A stretch of 64,000 bases of DNA from Dehalococcoidia bacterium. Lineage in GTDB: Bacteria; Chloroflexota; Dehalococcoidia; SHYD01. Position 1 is the first letter of the stretch. The number at the start of each line of letters is the position of its first letter. Made by a program: the position numbers and the translations under genes. The DNA is taken from the NCBI GenBank assembly GCA_965261835.1, contig OZ253478.1, positions 2,337,267 through 2,401,266 of the forward strand, in the 5' to 3' direction. Positions 1-11,281 of this stretch are shown here, one piece after another. The notes under the pieces were generated by a model, which saw nothing but the letters and a program-made list of their open reading frames with translations, made no database searches and was not told the DNA's origin.

Positions 1-1
1 C

Positions 2-223
2 ATGCATTTTGTGGCACTAATGCGCAAGGATCCCGTCTTGTTCACGTCTAATATGGGCGAGCGGGACGCCGATTTTGCCGTGGCCCGGGACCTCATCGCC
101 TCCGGTAAAGTGTACGCCCGCCCGCTGATCACCCACCGTTTCCCGTTAGACCAGATATTGCCCGCCCATGAGTTGGCTGAAAGCAGGGCGGACAACGTGA
201 TAAAAATCTTGCTGGAGTTCTAG
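2..223 (+). CDS. C-terminal fragment of a zinc-type alcohol/threonine dehydrogenase-like oxidoreductase (gene starts upstream of window)
   Basis: ORF runs off the 5' edge; the C-terminal region (LITHRFPLDQI...VIKILL) resembles the C-terminus of MDR-family dehydrogenases. Confidence 0.45.
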   Translation: MHFVALMRKDPVLFTSNMGERDADFAVARDLIASGKVYARPLITHRFPLDQILPAHELAESRADNVIKILLEF

Positions 224-247
224 CAGCACACCAACCGGTCATCTTTA

Positions 248-856
248 TTGCCAACCGTGTCAGACCGTTCGGACATTGCGGCACAGCACGTCCACCAGAT
301 TCTCCGACGCCTTGAGCCGCTCCCGCCGCCCAGCGCTACTCCCGCGCTTGTAGTGCTATCCGGTCCGCCTGGGGCTGGCAAGTCCACCATCGCCCGCAGG
401 CTGCGGGATGCGGCCCCCGTAGCAATCGTAGCTTCCGACTTCGTGCGGAAGACGCTGTTCCCACAGCCCACATACAGCAACGCCGAGCACGCTCAAGTAT
501 TCGTGGCTGCCCACCGAGTACTGCGGACACTACTCCGGCGTTCCATATCCACTGTCTTTGACGCCACTAATTTGCGTGAGGATGCGCGGCGCAGCGCGGG
601 CGGAGTCGCCCGCGCCGCCGGGGCACGGTTGCTCCTGGTAGCGGTGACGGCCCCACCGGACGTGGTGAAAGCGCGCATGGATCTACGAGAGCGACAGCCC
701 CATCCGGAAGACCTTTCGGACGCCACGTGGGAGGTGTATCTCCAGTTAACTTCCACGGCACAGCCCATTGCTCAGGAGCACTGGAGCATCGACACCGCCG
801 CCGATCATGAAGCAGCGCTCCAAGCCATACTAGACACGCTGTCTACCCCTCATTGA
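248..856 (+). CDS. P-loop ATP-binding protein (AAA_33 / zeta-toxin-like kinase fold)
   Basis: Walker A motif LSGPPGAGKST about 35 aa from the N-terminus; small ~200-aa kinase-like size; start is TTG at 248 or GTG at 257. Confidence 0.55.
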   Translation: MPTVSDRSDIAAQHVHQILRRLEPLPPPSATPALVVLSGPPGAGKSTIARRLRDAAPVAIVASDFVRKTLFPQPTYSNAEHAQVFVAAHRVLRTLLRRSISTVFDATNLREDARRSAGGVARAAGARLLLVAVTAPPDVVKARMDLRERQPHPEDLSDATWEVYLQLTSTAQPIAQEHWSIDTAADHEAALQAILDTLSTPH

Positions 857-1001
857 TAGAGCGGGATAGGACGGCTAAGGCATGAGCAGCGCCAGCACAC
901 TATCCCCAGCCCCAATGCTATAATCCATCGGTCTAACCCCTACGTGCCGGCTTACGTAACCGCGGATACTATCAGGGGCACTAGCTGACCTAGGAGGCTT
1001 C

Positions 1002-2111
1002 GTGACCGAACCCGCAGCAATGCTGAAAACCACGTGTTTGCATCAAGCGCACCTCGATCTCTCGGCGCGCATGGTGCCCTTTGGCGGCTGGGACATGCCC
1101 ATTCAGTACCACAGCATTCTGGAAGAGCATCACGCCGTGCGCAACGCCGCGGGGATGTTCGATGTATCGCACATGGGCCGAGTGGACTTCCACGGCCCGG
1201 ACTGCATCGCATACCTGCAACGCCTTTTCACTTGCGATGTGACCAAAATTGCCGCGGGCAGTGCCCGCTACACTCTCCTCTGCGTGGAGGACGGCGGTAT
1301 CTTGGATGACACCATCCTGTACTGCCGCAACCCCGAGTCCTTCGTACTGATATGCAACGCGTCCAGCACCCCAGCGGTGTTAGACTGGCTGGCCCAATGG
1401 AAACTGCCGGGAGAACAGGTAGCCGTTACAGAGCGTACCGCTGAGACGGGCATGATCGCCCTTCAAGGACCGCAGGCTGCCGCACATATGAGGACCCTGG
1501 CTAACCCAGAGGTAGCCAACAAGCTGGCATACTTCACCTGGACGGAGACCATGGTCAACGGCTCCGCTGCGCTAGTCACCCGCACCGGTTACACGGGTGA
1601 GGACGGCTTCGAGATAATCATGAGCGCCCAAGATACGCCCAACCTCTGGCACGCCCTGTTAGAGCGCGGCGTGAAGCCCTGCGGTCTGGGCGCGCGCGAC
1701 ACGCTGCGGCTAGAGGCGGCCCTCCCACTCCAAGGCAATGACACTTCGCTCCATACCAACCCCATCCAAGCAGGATTGGGTTGGGTGGTGGCGCTGGACA
1801 AGAACAACTTCATTGGGCGAGACGCCATTCTCGCCGTGAAAGAGCAGGGCGCGCCAACCCGGCTAGTGGGGTTTGAAGTCACTGGCCGCGGCATCCCGCG
1901 TCCCCACTGCACGCTGCTAGACGACGGGCATACTATCGGCGAAACCACCAGCGGTGGCTTTGCGCCAACCCTCCAAAAGGGTATTGGGATGGGATACGTA
2001 GCTGCCGAGTGGAGCAAGCCGGGGCTTCCTATCACGGTGGACATTCGGGGCACTATGGTGCCCGCTCAAACCGTCCGCCGACCCTTCTACAAGCGGCCGC
2101 CCGCCGCATAA
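1002..2111 (+). CDS. gcvT: glycine cleavage system T protein (aminomethyltransferase)
   Basis: GTG start preceded by TAGGAGG; N-terminal DMPIQY...FDVSHMGR and full-length GcvT-like sequence; followed by gcvH/gcvP genes. Confidence 0.9.
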   Translation: MTEPAAMLKTTCLHQAHLDLSARMVPFGGWDMPIQYHSILEEHHAVRNAAGMFDVSHMGRVDFHGPDCIAYLQRLFTCDVTKIAAGSARYTLLCVEDGGILDDTILYCRNPESFVLICNASSTPAVLDWLAQWKLPGEQVAVTERTAETGMIALQGPQAAAHMRTLANPEVANKLAYFTWTETMVNGSAALVTRTGYTGEDGFEIIMSAQDTPNLWHALLERGVKPCGLGARDTLRLEAALPLQGNDTSLHTNPIQAGLGWVVALDKNNFIGRDAILAVKEQGAPTRLVGFEVTGRGIPRPHCTLLDDGHTIGETTSGGFAPTLQKGIGMGYVAAEWSKPGLPITVDIRGTMVPAQTVRRPFYKRPPAA

Positions 2112-2237
2112 TAATGCTTGCCCCTGGGTAAAGGCTGCGCTAATATTGAAGAGTTGGCCGCGGCATTGGGGCCATACGTAGCAACAAGACCGGCCTGCAC
2201 GCCCATCACCTTCCCTCACCACCTGAGGTACACGCAC

Positions 2238-2900
2238 ATGCCACGAAAAACTGAAGAAGCCGGCAACCTATGGCTAGCCCGCGCACTCTGGGACGTGGGC
2301 GCTGTCCGGTTTGGAGACTTTACTATCGGGCGAAGTACCATACACTCCCCCGCCTACGTCAACGTGCGTCGGCTCATTAGTCGTCCCCGCATATTGAAAC
2401 GCGTCGCACAAATGATGGTCAAAGAAATTCAGGCCGAGTTGGCGCTGCTCCGGCAACACATTCACCCCTTCAGTCTTGTTGCGGGCGTGCCCTTTGGCGG
2501 TCTCCTCATCGCCACCGCCTACTCGCTATCTGCAAACGTGCCAATGATCTACGCTCACCCGCGCGTAGTGGACGGACGCAACTACGTAGTAGAAGGAGCG
2601 TACGAACCTAACCAAGCCGTCCTTATCATTGATGATCTCATCACCTCCGGTGGCAGCGTCATCGAGACTGCTGACCTGCTGACCAACGAAGGCCTGGACG
2701 TCAAAGACGTGATGGTGCTCATTGACCGCGGCGAGGGTGCCGGTACTCGACTGCGGCGGGCGGGCTACAACCTGCATTCTATGCTCACGCTGGAAGTGAT
2801 GCTCAACTACTATCTATCCACCGGCCGGATCGATCAACGACTCCACCAGAAGTGCTACGACTACGTTCTGGCAAAACGAGCCGAACGCGAAGTCTCATAG
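2238..2900 (+). CDS. pyrE: orotate phosphoribosyltransferase-like (type I PRTase) protein
   Basis: ATG at 2238 after GAGGT; the PRPP-binding motif VLIIDDLITSGGS and flanking regions (FGDFTIGRS, VLIDRGEGAG) match OPRTase signatures; the longer ORF from 2118 lacks an RBS. Confidence 0.65.
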   Translation: MPRKTEEAGNLWLARALWDVGAVRFGDFTIGRSTIHSPAYVNVRRLISRPRILKRVAQMMVKEIQAELALLRQHIHPFSLVAGVPFGGLLIATAYSLSANVPMIYAHPRVVDGRNYVVEGAYEPNQAVLIIDDLITSGGSVIETADLLTNEGLDVKDVMVLIDRGEGAGTRLRRAGYNLHSMLTLEVMLNYYLSTGRIDQRLHQKCYDYVLAKRAEREVS

Positions 2901-2925
2901 CAAGTAACAACAGCGAGGTCTATTC

Positions 2926-3366
2926 ATGGATCAGGCGCAGATTGACCAGGTTGTCGCGCACGCGGCATCGTGGTCGCCCAGTGATTGCACGTACAGCAAA
3001 GAGCACGAGTGGGCCCGCGTGGTAGGGGAAGGCATCGTGTGGGTAGGGATCACGGATTACGCCGCCAGCGAGCTGGGAGACGTGGTGTTTGTCCAGTTGC
3101 CCGCCGTAGGCTCGGTCGTCAAACAGTTCGAAAAGTTTGGGGAGGTTGAGTCTGTCAAGGCAGTATCCGATCTGTTCTCTCCCATAAGCGGCGAGGTTAT
3201 CGCCGTAAATGAGACAGTGCAAATGCAACCTGAGCTAGTGAACCAGTCACCCTTCGGCCAGGGCTGGATGCTAGGGGTACAGGCCAGCAGTCCAAGCGAA
3301 CTAGACAGCCTCATGGCGCACAGCGCCTACGCCGAATACATTCAGGGATTGGGGAGCGCGCACTAA
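2926..3366 (+). CDS. gcvH: glycine cleavage system H protein (lipoyl carrier)
   Basis: 146 aa; lipoyl-lysine context VESVKAVSDL; located in gcv operon. Confidence 0.9.
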   Translation: MDQAQIDQVVAHAASWSPSDCTYSKEHEWARVVGEGIVWVGITDYAASELGDVVFVQLPAVGSVVKQFEKFGEVESVKAVSDLFSPISGEVIAVNETVQMQPELVNQSPFGQGWMLGVQASSPSELDSLMAHSAYAEYIQGLGSAH

Positions 3367-4670
3367 TGCCCTCGTATGTTCCCAACACTGATGCCGACCG
3401 GCAGGCAATGCTGGCGACGTTGGGCTTAGCAACAATCGATGACCTCTTTGCGGACATCCCAAGTCACCTGCAGCACGCAAACCTGGACCTTCCCCCAGGT
3501 CTCACAGAGCTGGAACTGCAGCAAGAATTGGCGCTGCTCGCCCAAAAGAACATAGCGCTCGACCGGACACCCAGTTTTCTGGGCGCCGGAGCATACAAGC
3601 ACTTCATCCCCAGCGTGGTGGGGCACATTACCAGCCGGAGCGAGTTCTCCACCGCCTACACACCCTATCAGCCAGAGATCAGCCAGGGCACCCTCCAGAC
3701 CATCTTCGAATTCCAGTCGATGATGTGCGAGTTGACGGGGATGGACGTTGCGAACTCCGGCATGTACGACGGCGCAACGGCACTGGCCGAAGCTGGCCTG
3801 ATGGCCTGCCGGGTAACCAACCGCGACAGGATCGTAGCCCTTTCCACCGTCAATCCTGCATGGCGAGACGTGGCGCATACCTACAGCCGCGGCCAGAATA
3901 TCGAGCTAGCGGTTGCTACGCCAGAAACGCTGAGCCTCAGTCAGGACTGCGGTTGCCTAATGGTGCAGTACCCCAACTACTACGGCTATCTGGAGGACAT
4001 ACAGCGCTGGGCCGATGTTGCCCATGCCGCTGGGGCACTTCTTGTGGTGGCCGTTAACCTGACTGCGTTAGGGATGCTCCAGCCCCCTGGCGACTTAGGG
4101 GCCGATATCGTAGTAGCGGAAGGGCAACCACTGGGCCAGGTACTCATCTACGGTGGCCCCTACGTTGGTGTGTTCTGCAGCCGTGATCAATTTGTTCGGC
4201 AAATGCCGGGCCGCATCGTAGGCCGTACTGCTGATGCGCAGGGACGCACCGGTTACGTGCTTACGCTACAAACCAGAGAGCAACACATCCGGCGGGAGCG
4301 GGCTACTTCCAACATCTGCACGAGCGAGGCTTTGGTGGCGCTCGCCACAACTATCTACACCGCCTCTATGGGACCGCAGGGTATGCGGGAAGTGGCTGAG
4401 TTGTGCTACCACAAAGCGCACTATCTTGCGGACCAGATAGCGCGGCTATCTGGCTATTCCCTACCCATTGCCGAAACGTTCTTTCACGAATTCGTAGTCC
4501 GCTGTCCAGTGACCCCGGCACAGGTCAACCGCCATCTGCTGGATGCCGGGATCATAGGCGGACTCGATGTCAGTGGCGCGATTGATAATGGACTGTTGCT
4601 CTGTTGCACCGAACTCACCAGCAAAGCGGACATGGACCGCCTTGTGGCCGAACTCGCCAAGGTAGCCTGA
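3366..4670 (+). CDS. gcvPA: glycine dehydrogenase (decarboxylating) subunit 1
   Basis: ATG overlaps gcvH stop (TAATG); N-terminus MPSYVPNTDADRQAML typical of GcvPA; 434 aa. Confidence 0.9.
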   Translation: MPSYVPNTDADRQAMLATLGLATIDDLFADIPSHLQHANLDLPPGLTELELQQELALLAQKNIALDRTPSFLGAGAYKHFIPSVVGHITSRSEFSTAYTPYQPEISQGTLQTIFEFQSMMCELTGMDVANSGMYDGATALAEAGLMACRVTNRDRIVALSTVNPAWRDVAHTYSRGQNIELAVATPETLSLSQDCGCLMVQYPNYYGYLEDIQRWADVAHAAGALLVVAVNLTALGMLQPPGDLGADIVVAEGQPLGQVLIYGGPYVGVFCSRDQFVRQMPGRIVGRTADAQGRTGYVLTLQTREQHIRRERATSNICTSEALVALATTIYTASMGPQGMREVAELCYHKAHYLADQIARLSGYSLPIAETFFHEFVVRCPVTPAQVNRHLLDAGIIGGLDVSGAIDNGLLLCCTELTSKADMDRLVAELAKVA

Positions 4671-4672
4671 CT

Positions 4673-6154
4673 ATGATTGACCCCGCAATGCCAATCCAAA
4701 CGCCCCGGGCCGGCCGCGTGCTCAACGATCTCTCCGTGACTGGCCGGCGGGCTACTAGTCTCCCCGAATGCGACGTGCCGCTTAGCCCGCTGCCAGACGC
4801 GGCCATGCTGCGCGACAACCTCACCCTGCCCGAGGTGAGCGAGGTAGAACTGGTCCGCTATTTTACCTACTTGAGCACTCTGAACTACAGCGTAGAGACC
4901 GGGATGTACCCCCTGGGCTCCTGCACCATGAAATACAACCCGAAGCGTCATGAAGACGCCGCCCGTATGCCCGGCTTTGCGTGGGCCCACCCGCTGGCCC
5001 CAGAGGAGAGCGTGCAAGGAGTGCTGCAAGTACTCTTTGAGCTCCAGGGATTCCTCGCTGAAATCACGGGTATGGCAGGCGTGAGCTTGGCGCCCATGGC
5101 AGGCGCGCACGGTGAGTTCGCCGGCATACTAATAGCGCGCGCGTACCATGAACGAAGGAATGACACTGCCCGCCGCAAAGTGCTGGTGCCGGATTCGGCA
5201 CACGGTACAAACCCGGCCACCGCAGCAATGGCCGGCTACGAGGTTGTGGCCATTCCCTCCGACGCCACAGGCAACTGCGATCTTGAGCAGCTACGCGCCG
5301 CACTGGGACCAGACGTGGCCGCGATGATGTTGACCCAGCCCAACACCCTCGGCCTATTCGACACTAATATCGTGGCGATTGCGGAAGCGCTGCACGAGCA
5401 CGGCGCACTGCTCTATGGAGACGGCGCCAACATGAACGCGCTGCTGGGCAGGGCTAAGCCCGGTACCATGGGCTTTGACATTCTCCACCTGAACCTCCAC
5501 AAAACCTTCAGCACACCCCATGGGGGAGGCGGCCCAGGAGCCGGTCCCGTGTGTGTTCAGCCGCACTTGGTCGACCACCTTCCCTATCCCGTAGTGATTG
5601 AGGCGGGTGAGGGAGCGCAACGCAGCTTCCACCTGGATGAACCTGCGCACACCATCGGACGCATGGGAGGGTTTTGCGGGAACTTCGGTGTCCTGCTCCG
5701 GGCGTACTGCTATATCCGAACCCTGGGGCCGGATGGACTGCGCGCGGTTACCGACAACGCCGTCTTGAACGCCAACTACCTCCGGGCGCAACTCAACGGC
5801 CTGTACAACCTGAAATATGACCGTATGTGCATGCATGAGGTGGTACTAGCGGGCACCAAACAGAAGGCTTTAGGAGCCAACACATTATCAATCGCCAAAC
5901 GCCTCATCGATTATGGATTTCATCCCCCAACCATCTACTTTCCTCTAATAGTTGAAGAGGCGCTCATGATTGAGCCAACAGAGACGGAAAGCCGTGAAAC
6001 GCTGGATGCCTTTGCCACCGCAATGAGGGCCATCGCTCGGGAGGTGGAAGAAGACCCGGACGTTGTTCGTTCCGCGCCACACTTCTCGCCCGTAGGCCGC
6101 TTGGACGAGGCCACCGCAGCACGCAAACCGTTCTTGCGGTGGCGTCCGGAATGA
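4673..6154 (+). CDS. gcvPB: glycine dehydrogenase (decarboxylating) subunit 2 (PLP-binding)
   Basis: ATG at 4673 immediately after gcvPA stop; ~490 aa; PLP-enzyme regions HLNLHKTFSTPHGGGGPG. Confidence 0.9.
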   Translation: MIDPAMPIQTPRAGRVLNDLSVTGRRATSLPECDVPLSPLPDAAMLRDNLTLPEVSEVELVRYFTYLSTLNYSVETGMYPLGSCTMKYNPKRHEDAARMPGFAWAHPLAPEESVQGVLQVLFELQGFLAEITGMAGVSLAPMAGAHGEFAGILIARAYHERRNDTARRKVLVPDSAHGTNPATAAMAGYEVVAIPSDATGNCDLEQLRAALGPDVAAMMLTQPNTLGLFDTNIVAIAEALHEHGALLYGDGANMNALLGRAKPGTMGFDILHLNLHKTFSTPHGGGGPGAGPVCVQPHLVDHLPYPVVIEAGEGAQRSFHLDEPAHTIGRMGGFCGNFGVLLRAYCYIRTLGPDGLRAVTDNAVLNANYLRAQLNGLYNLKYDRMCMHEVVLAGTKQKALGANTLSIAKRLIDYGFHPPTIYFPLIVEEALMIEPTETESRETLDAFATAMRAIAREVEEDPDVVRSAPHFSPVGRLDEATAARKPFLRWRPE

Positions 6155-6260
6155 CGCCCCCTACCGTGCGTATGTGCCAGCACACTCAATGGTAGCGAAG
6201 GACGCTATGGTACAATGAGCACACGAAGAGCACACGAATGGTGAGAGTGCGGAGGAATCC

Positions 6261-7199
6261 ATGGAAGAGGCGATAGCCCGCTTCCTAGCACACCTGCAAG
6301 AAGACAAGGGGTTCTCCCCTAATACTGTAGTGGCGTACCGCAACGACCTTGATCAATTGCTCTCGTTCTTACATACCGCTCAACCAGGCGATTCCGGCCC
6401 CATAACCACTCAATGGAATGCGGTCAAATCTGGCGCCATCCAACGCTACATTCTCACGCTTCAAGACAGTGGGTACGCCCAGACCACCATTGCCCGCAAA
6501 ATAGCTTCCGTCAAATCGTTCTTTAACTTCCTCCAAAGCGAGAAGCTCATCTCCAGCAACCCATCAGAAGGCTTCACTTCACCCGGCGTACGCCGGCCGC
6601 TGCCTAAGACCATCTCCGCTATTGAGGTGGATGAACTATTACTGCAGCCGCTGAAACGGGACAAACCTGAGGCAAAACGGGATTGTGCCATGTTGAGCCT
6701 GCTGTACGCTACTGGCATGCGTGTGACTGAACTCGTGAAACTCAATATCGACGACGTTATCCTGGCTGAAACCTTCTCCTACGTACGCTGCCAAGGCCGG
6801 AACACCGATCCGCGGTTAATACCCTTGCCAGAGCATTCCATCGAGCCAATTAAGGAATACCTCGCCAACGGCCGGCACCATCTGCTCCGCAAACGGGACA
6901 CCCCGGCTTTGTTCCTCAATCGCCGGGGGGAGCAGCTTACCCGGCAGGGCTTCTGGCTGATCCTCAAGAGTTACGTCAAGTCTGCCAACCTGAGCGGAGA
7001 GATTACGCCTCATATGCTCCGCCACACCTTCGCCACCCACATGCTGCAAAGCGGACAGTTGAACTTGAGAGAACTCCAGGAGTGCCTGGGTCACGCAAGC
7101 ATCACCACCACCCAGGTCTATACTCAGATACCAGAGGAGGGCCGCGCATCAAAAGACCCTGCCCCCACACCAGCGGTCAGTCACCAGCACTCCACCTAG
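6261..7199 (+). CDS. xerD: site-specific tyrosine recombinase XerC/XerD family
   Basis: N-terminal SAM-like domain (FLAHLQEDKGFSPNTVVAYRNDL) and C-terminal catalytic domain (HMLRHTFATHML...LGHASITTTQVYT, R-H-R-Y residues). Confidence 0.8.
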   Translation: MEEAIARFLAHLQEDKGFSPNTVVAYRNDLDQLLSFLHTAQPGDSGPITTQWNAVKSGAIQRYILTLQDSGYAQTTIARKIASVKSFFNFLQSEKLISSNPSEGFTSPGVRRPLPKTISAIEVDELLLQPLKRDKPEAKRDCAMLSLLYATGMRVTELVKLNIDDVILAETFSYVRCQGRNTDPRLIPLPEHSIEPIKEYLANGRHHLLRKRDTPALFLNRRGEQLTRQGFWLILKSYVKSANLSGEITPHMLRHTFATHMLQSGQLNLRELQECLGHASITTTQVYTQIPEEGRASKDPAPTPAVSHQHST

Positions 7200-7222
7200 C
7201 ATTCCATCGCTAGCATTCCATC

Positions 7223-9187
7223 GTGGGCAGAGTGCCCCACTTCATGAGCCCAGCCAGAATTTGCCCTCTGCTCTTCCTGCTCTGCGTGTGGTCCCTAGCG
7301 TGTACGGAGGAGAAACCACAGGACCCGCTCCCGCCACTCAACTCAGCAGTTACCCCCGAGACTACTGAAACTACTGAGACCGAGACCACAACCGCACCTT
7401 CCACCCCACCCAACGTCGCCGCCGCGCTTCCCACCCCACCCAACGCCGATCGCTATGACATCATCCGGCGGCTTAAGCCAGCGTCACATCCTGCTCCCCG
7501 GCCCGCACAAACTACGCCCGCTCCGCGTCGCGTTGGAGACACGAGCACATTCAGCGTCACCGACGCTGAGGGTATCACCCGGCGCAACGTCCCCGCCACG
7601 CTCCGTTTGGTCACGGACCATGCGTACTGGTACCTAGACGACTCGATCAGAGTAGACATGGCTGCGCTCCAGTCCTCCGCCCAGGTCTACGAAGCAACCA
7701 GCTACCCCACCAATACCAAACACTTTGGCGACACTATCCGAGGCGGCTACGACGGCGACCCTCATCTCACCGTCTTCATCACCCGTTTCAGGGGCGCGGT
7801 CGGCTATTACAGCTCACCGGACGAGTACCCCAAAGCGATCCATCCCTTCAGCAACGAACGGCTGATGCTCTACATCAATGGCAATGCGCTCCCGCCCGGA
7901 AGCCGCGGGTTCAACTCAGTGGTTGCGCATGAACTGCAGCACGCCATCCATTGGCACGCCGACCCCAACGAAGACAGTTGGGTAAACGAGGGCTTGTCCG
8001 TCTTAGCGGAAGAATTCGGCGGTTTCCGTAGCAATTCTGCTCGCGCTTTCCAGTCCGCTACCAACGTGCAGCTCACCGACTGGGAAGATGCTCCCGGAAA
8101 CAACCGACCCCACTACGCTGCGGCCCACCTCTTCATGCGTTTCTTGGCGCAGCATTGGAGCAACGGCGGCGACTTGAGCGCGCTAGTAGCCGAACCGAAA
8201 GATGGCGTTGAGGGAGTGGATGCTTACCTGGCAAGACAAGGCTATCCTGAGCGTTTCCGTGATGTGTTCAAAGCATGGGTGGCCGCCAACTCCGGGGCGC
8301 GCCTCACTGGCCCCAAGCTGAGTTATCCAGACCGGCCGGTCACGGCAGCGGTAAGCCGTACGCTCACTACTGACACCACGTTCACCGACACGGTAAGGCA
8401 GTACGCCGCCAAGTATTTCGATATTCAAGCATCGAGCGGAGCCGCTACCATAACGCTCTCCGGCACGCCGGGCGCGCGGTTGCTACCCACCCAGGCATCC
8501 AGCGGCGTTGCTTTCTGGTGGGGCAACCGGGGCGATCAAATTGACAGCACACTCACGCGCGAGTTTGACCTAACCAACGCTCAAACGGCCAACTTACGGT
8601 TCAAGACCTGGTATGACATAGAAGAAGGCTGGGACTACGCCTACGTAGTTGCGTCTATCGATAGTGGTAATACTTGGCAAATCCTGCCGGGTAGTCATAC
8701 CACTGTAGAAAACCCAGTAGGCAACAGTTACGGTCCGGGCTATACCGGACACAGCGGGGGCGGGCGGGACCCGCAATGGGTACAGGAAACGATTGACCTG
8801 AGTCAGTATGTGGGGAAAAAGGTGCTGGTGCGCTTCGAGTACATAACAGACGATGCGGTAAACACTGACGGCTTCGCCATCGACGACATAGAAGTCCCCG
8901 AGATTGGGTTCCATGATGCTAACGAACAGGATAGCGGATGGACCGCACAGGGGTTTTACCGCACAGACAACCTGCTTCCCCAGGAGTTCCTAATCCAGGT
9001 GGTTGAACAGACGCCAAATGGCACGGCGGTGCTTAAAGACATGGAACTAAATGCCAACCACCAAGGTGAGCTACGAGTATGTTGCTTTGGTCAGGAGCTG
9101 GCTAAGGCAACGGTCATCGTGGCCGCCATAGCGCCTGTCACCACTCAACAAGCCCACTTTGAGATGGACATTCGCTTTTCGAACTGA
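7223..9187 (+). CDS. secreted lipoprotein, gluzincin-like zinc metallopeptidase (HExxH) with C-terminal beta-sandwich domain
   Basis: Signal peptide with lipobox SLAC (probable true start ATG 7244); Thr/Glu/Pro-rich low-complexity linker; HELQHAIH...NEGLS motif; C-terminal region resembles M6/immune-inhibitor-like accessory domain. Confidence 0.6.
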   Translation: MGRVPHFMSPARICPLLFLLCVWSLACTEEKPQDPLPPLNSAVTPETTETTETETTTAPSTPPNVAAALPTPPNADRYDIIRRLKPASHPAPRPAQTTPAPRRVGDTSTFSVTDAEGITRRNVPATLRLVTDHAYWYLDDSIRVDMAALQSSAQVYEATSYPTNTKHFGDTIRGGYDGDPHLTVFITRFRGAVGYYSSPDEYPKAIHPFSNERLMLYINGNALPPGSRGFNSVVAHELQHAIHWHADPNEDSWVNEGLSVLAEEFGGFRSNSARAFQSATNVQLTDWEDAPGNNRPHYAAAHLFMRFLAQHWSNGGDLSALVAEPKDGVEGVDAYLARQGYPERFRDVFKAWVAANSGARLTGPKLSYPDRPVTAAVSRTLTTDTTFTDTVRQYAAKYFDIQASSGAATITLSGTPGARLLPTQASSGVAFWWGNRGDQIDSTLTREFDLTNAQTANLRFKTWYDIEEGWDYAYVVASIDSGNTWQILPGSHTTVENPVGNSYGPGYTGHSGGGRDPQWVQETIDLSQYVGKKVLVRFEYITDDAVNTDGFAIDDIEVPEIGFHDANEQDSGWTAQGFYRTDNLLPQEFLIQVVEQTPNGTAVLKDMELNANHQGELRVCCFGQELAKATVIVAAIAPVTTQQAHFEMDIRFSN

Positions 9188-9275
9188 GCCGTACCTTCAG
9201 TCCCTCCGTGCGCTCTTGACACCTTCGCAGTATGGCTGTGTATGCTGATGCAGTTCCCACTTTGAAAGGCACCCT

Positions 9276-11095
<1,820 letters not shown>

Positions 11096-11281
11096 CCAGG
11101 CCGCTGCTCTTCAATATATGAATACGAATATGAGATGAGATATGAGCCACATTCACTAATTCCACGGGTGTTATCTCGCGGGTTTTCTGATACAATGCTG
11201 CTGCCGACTACTCTGGAGATGCGAATCTGAACGTTTTCAGCATTCCAACCGGTTCATCGGTTGTCTTAGGGGGAGGGCCCA

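Noticed and set aside
857-1001. Glycine riboswitch upstream of gcvT
   Set aside because: I could not find the conserved tandem-aptamer core sequences (GGAGAG...CUCUGGAGAG...ACCGAAGGGGCAA); only a TATAAT-like hexamer at 930-935.
11096-11281. Purine or ZTP riboswitch upstream of purF / purH
   Set aside because: The AT-rich purF leader (11096-11281) lacks recognisable purine-aptamer junction motifs. The purH leader (12731-12824) contains only a terminator-like hairpin and no ZTP pseudoknot consensus.
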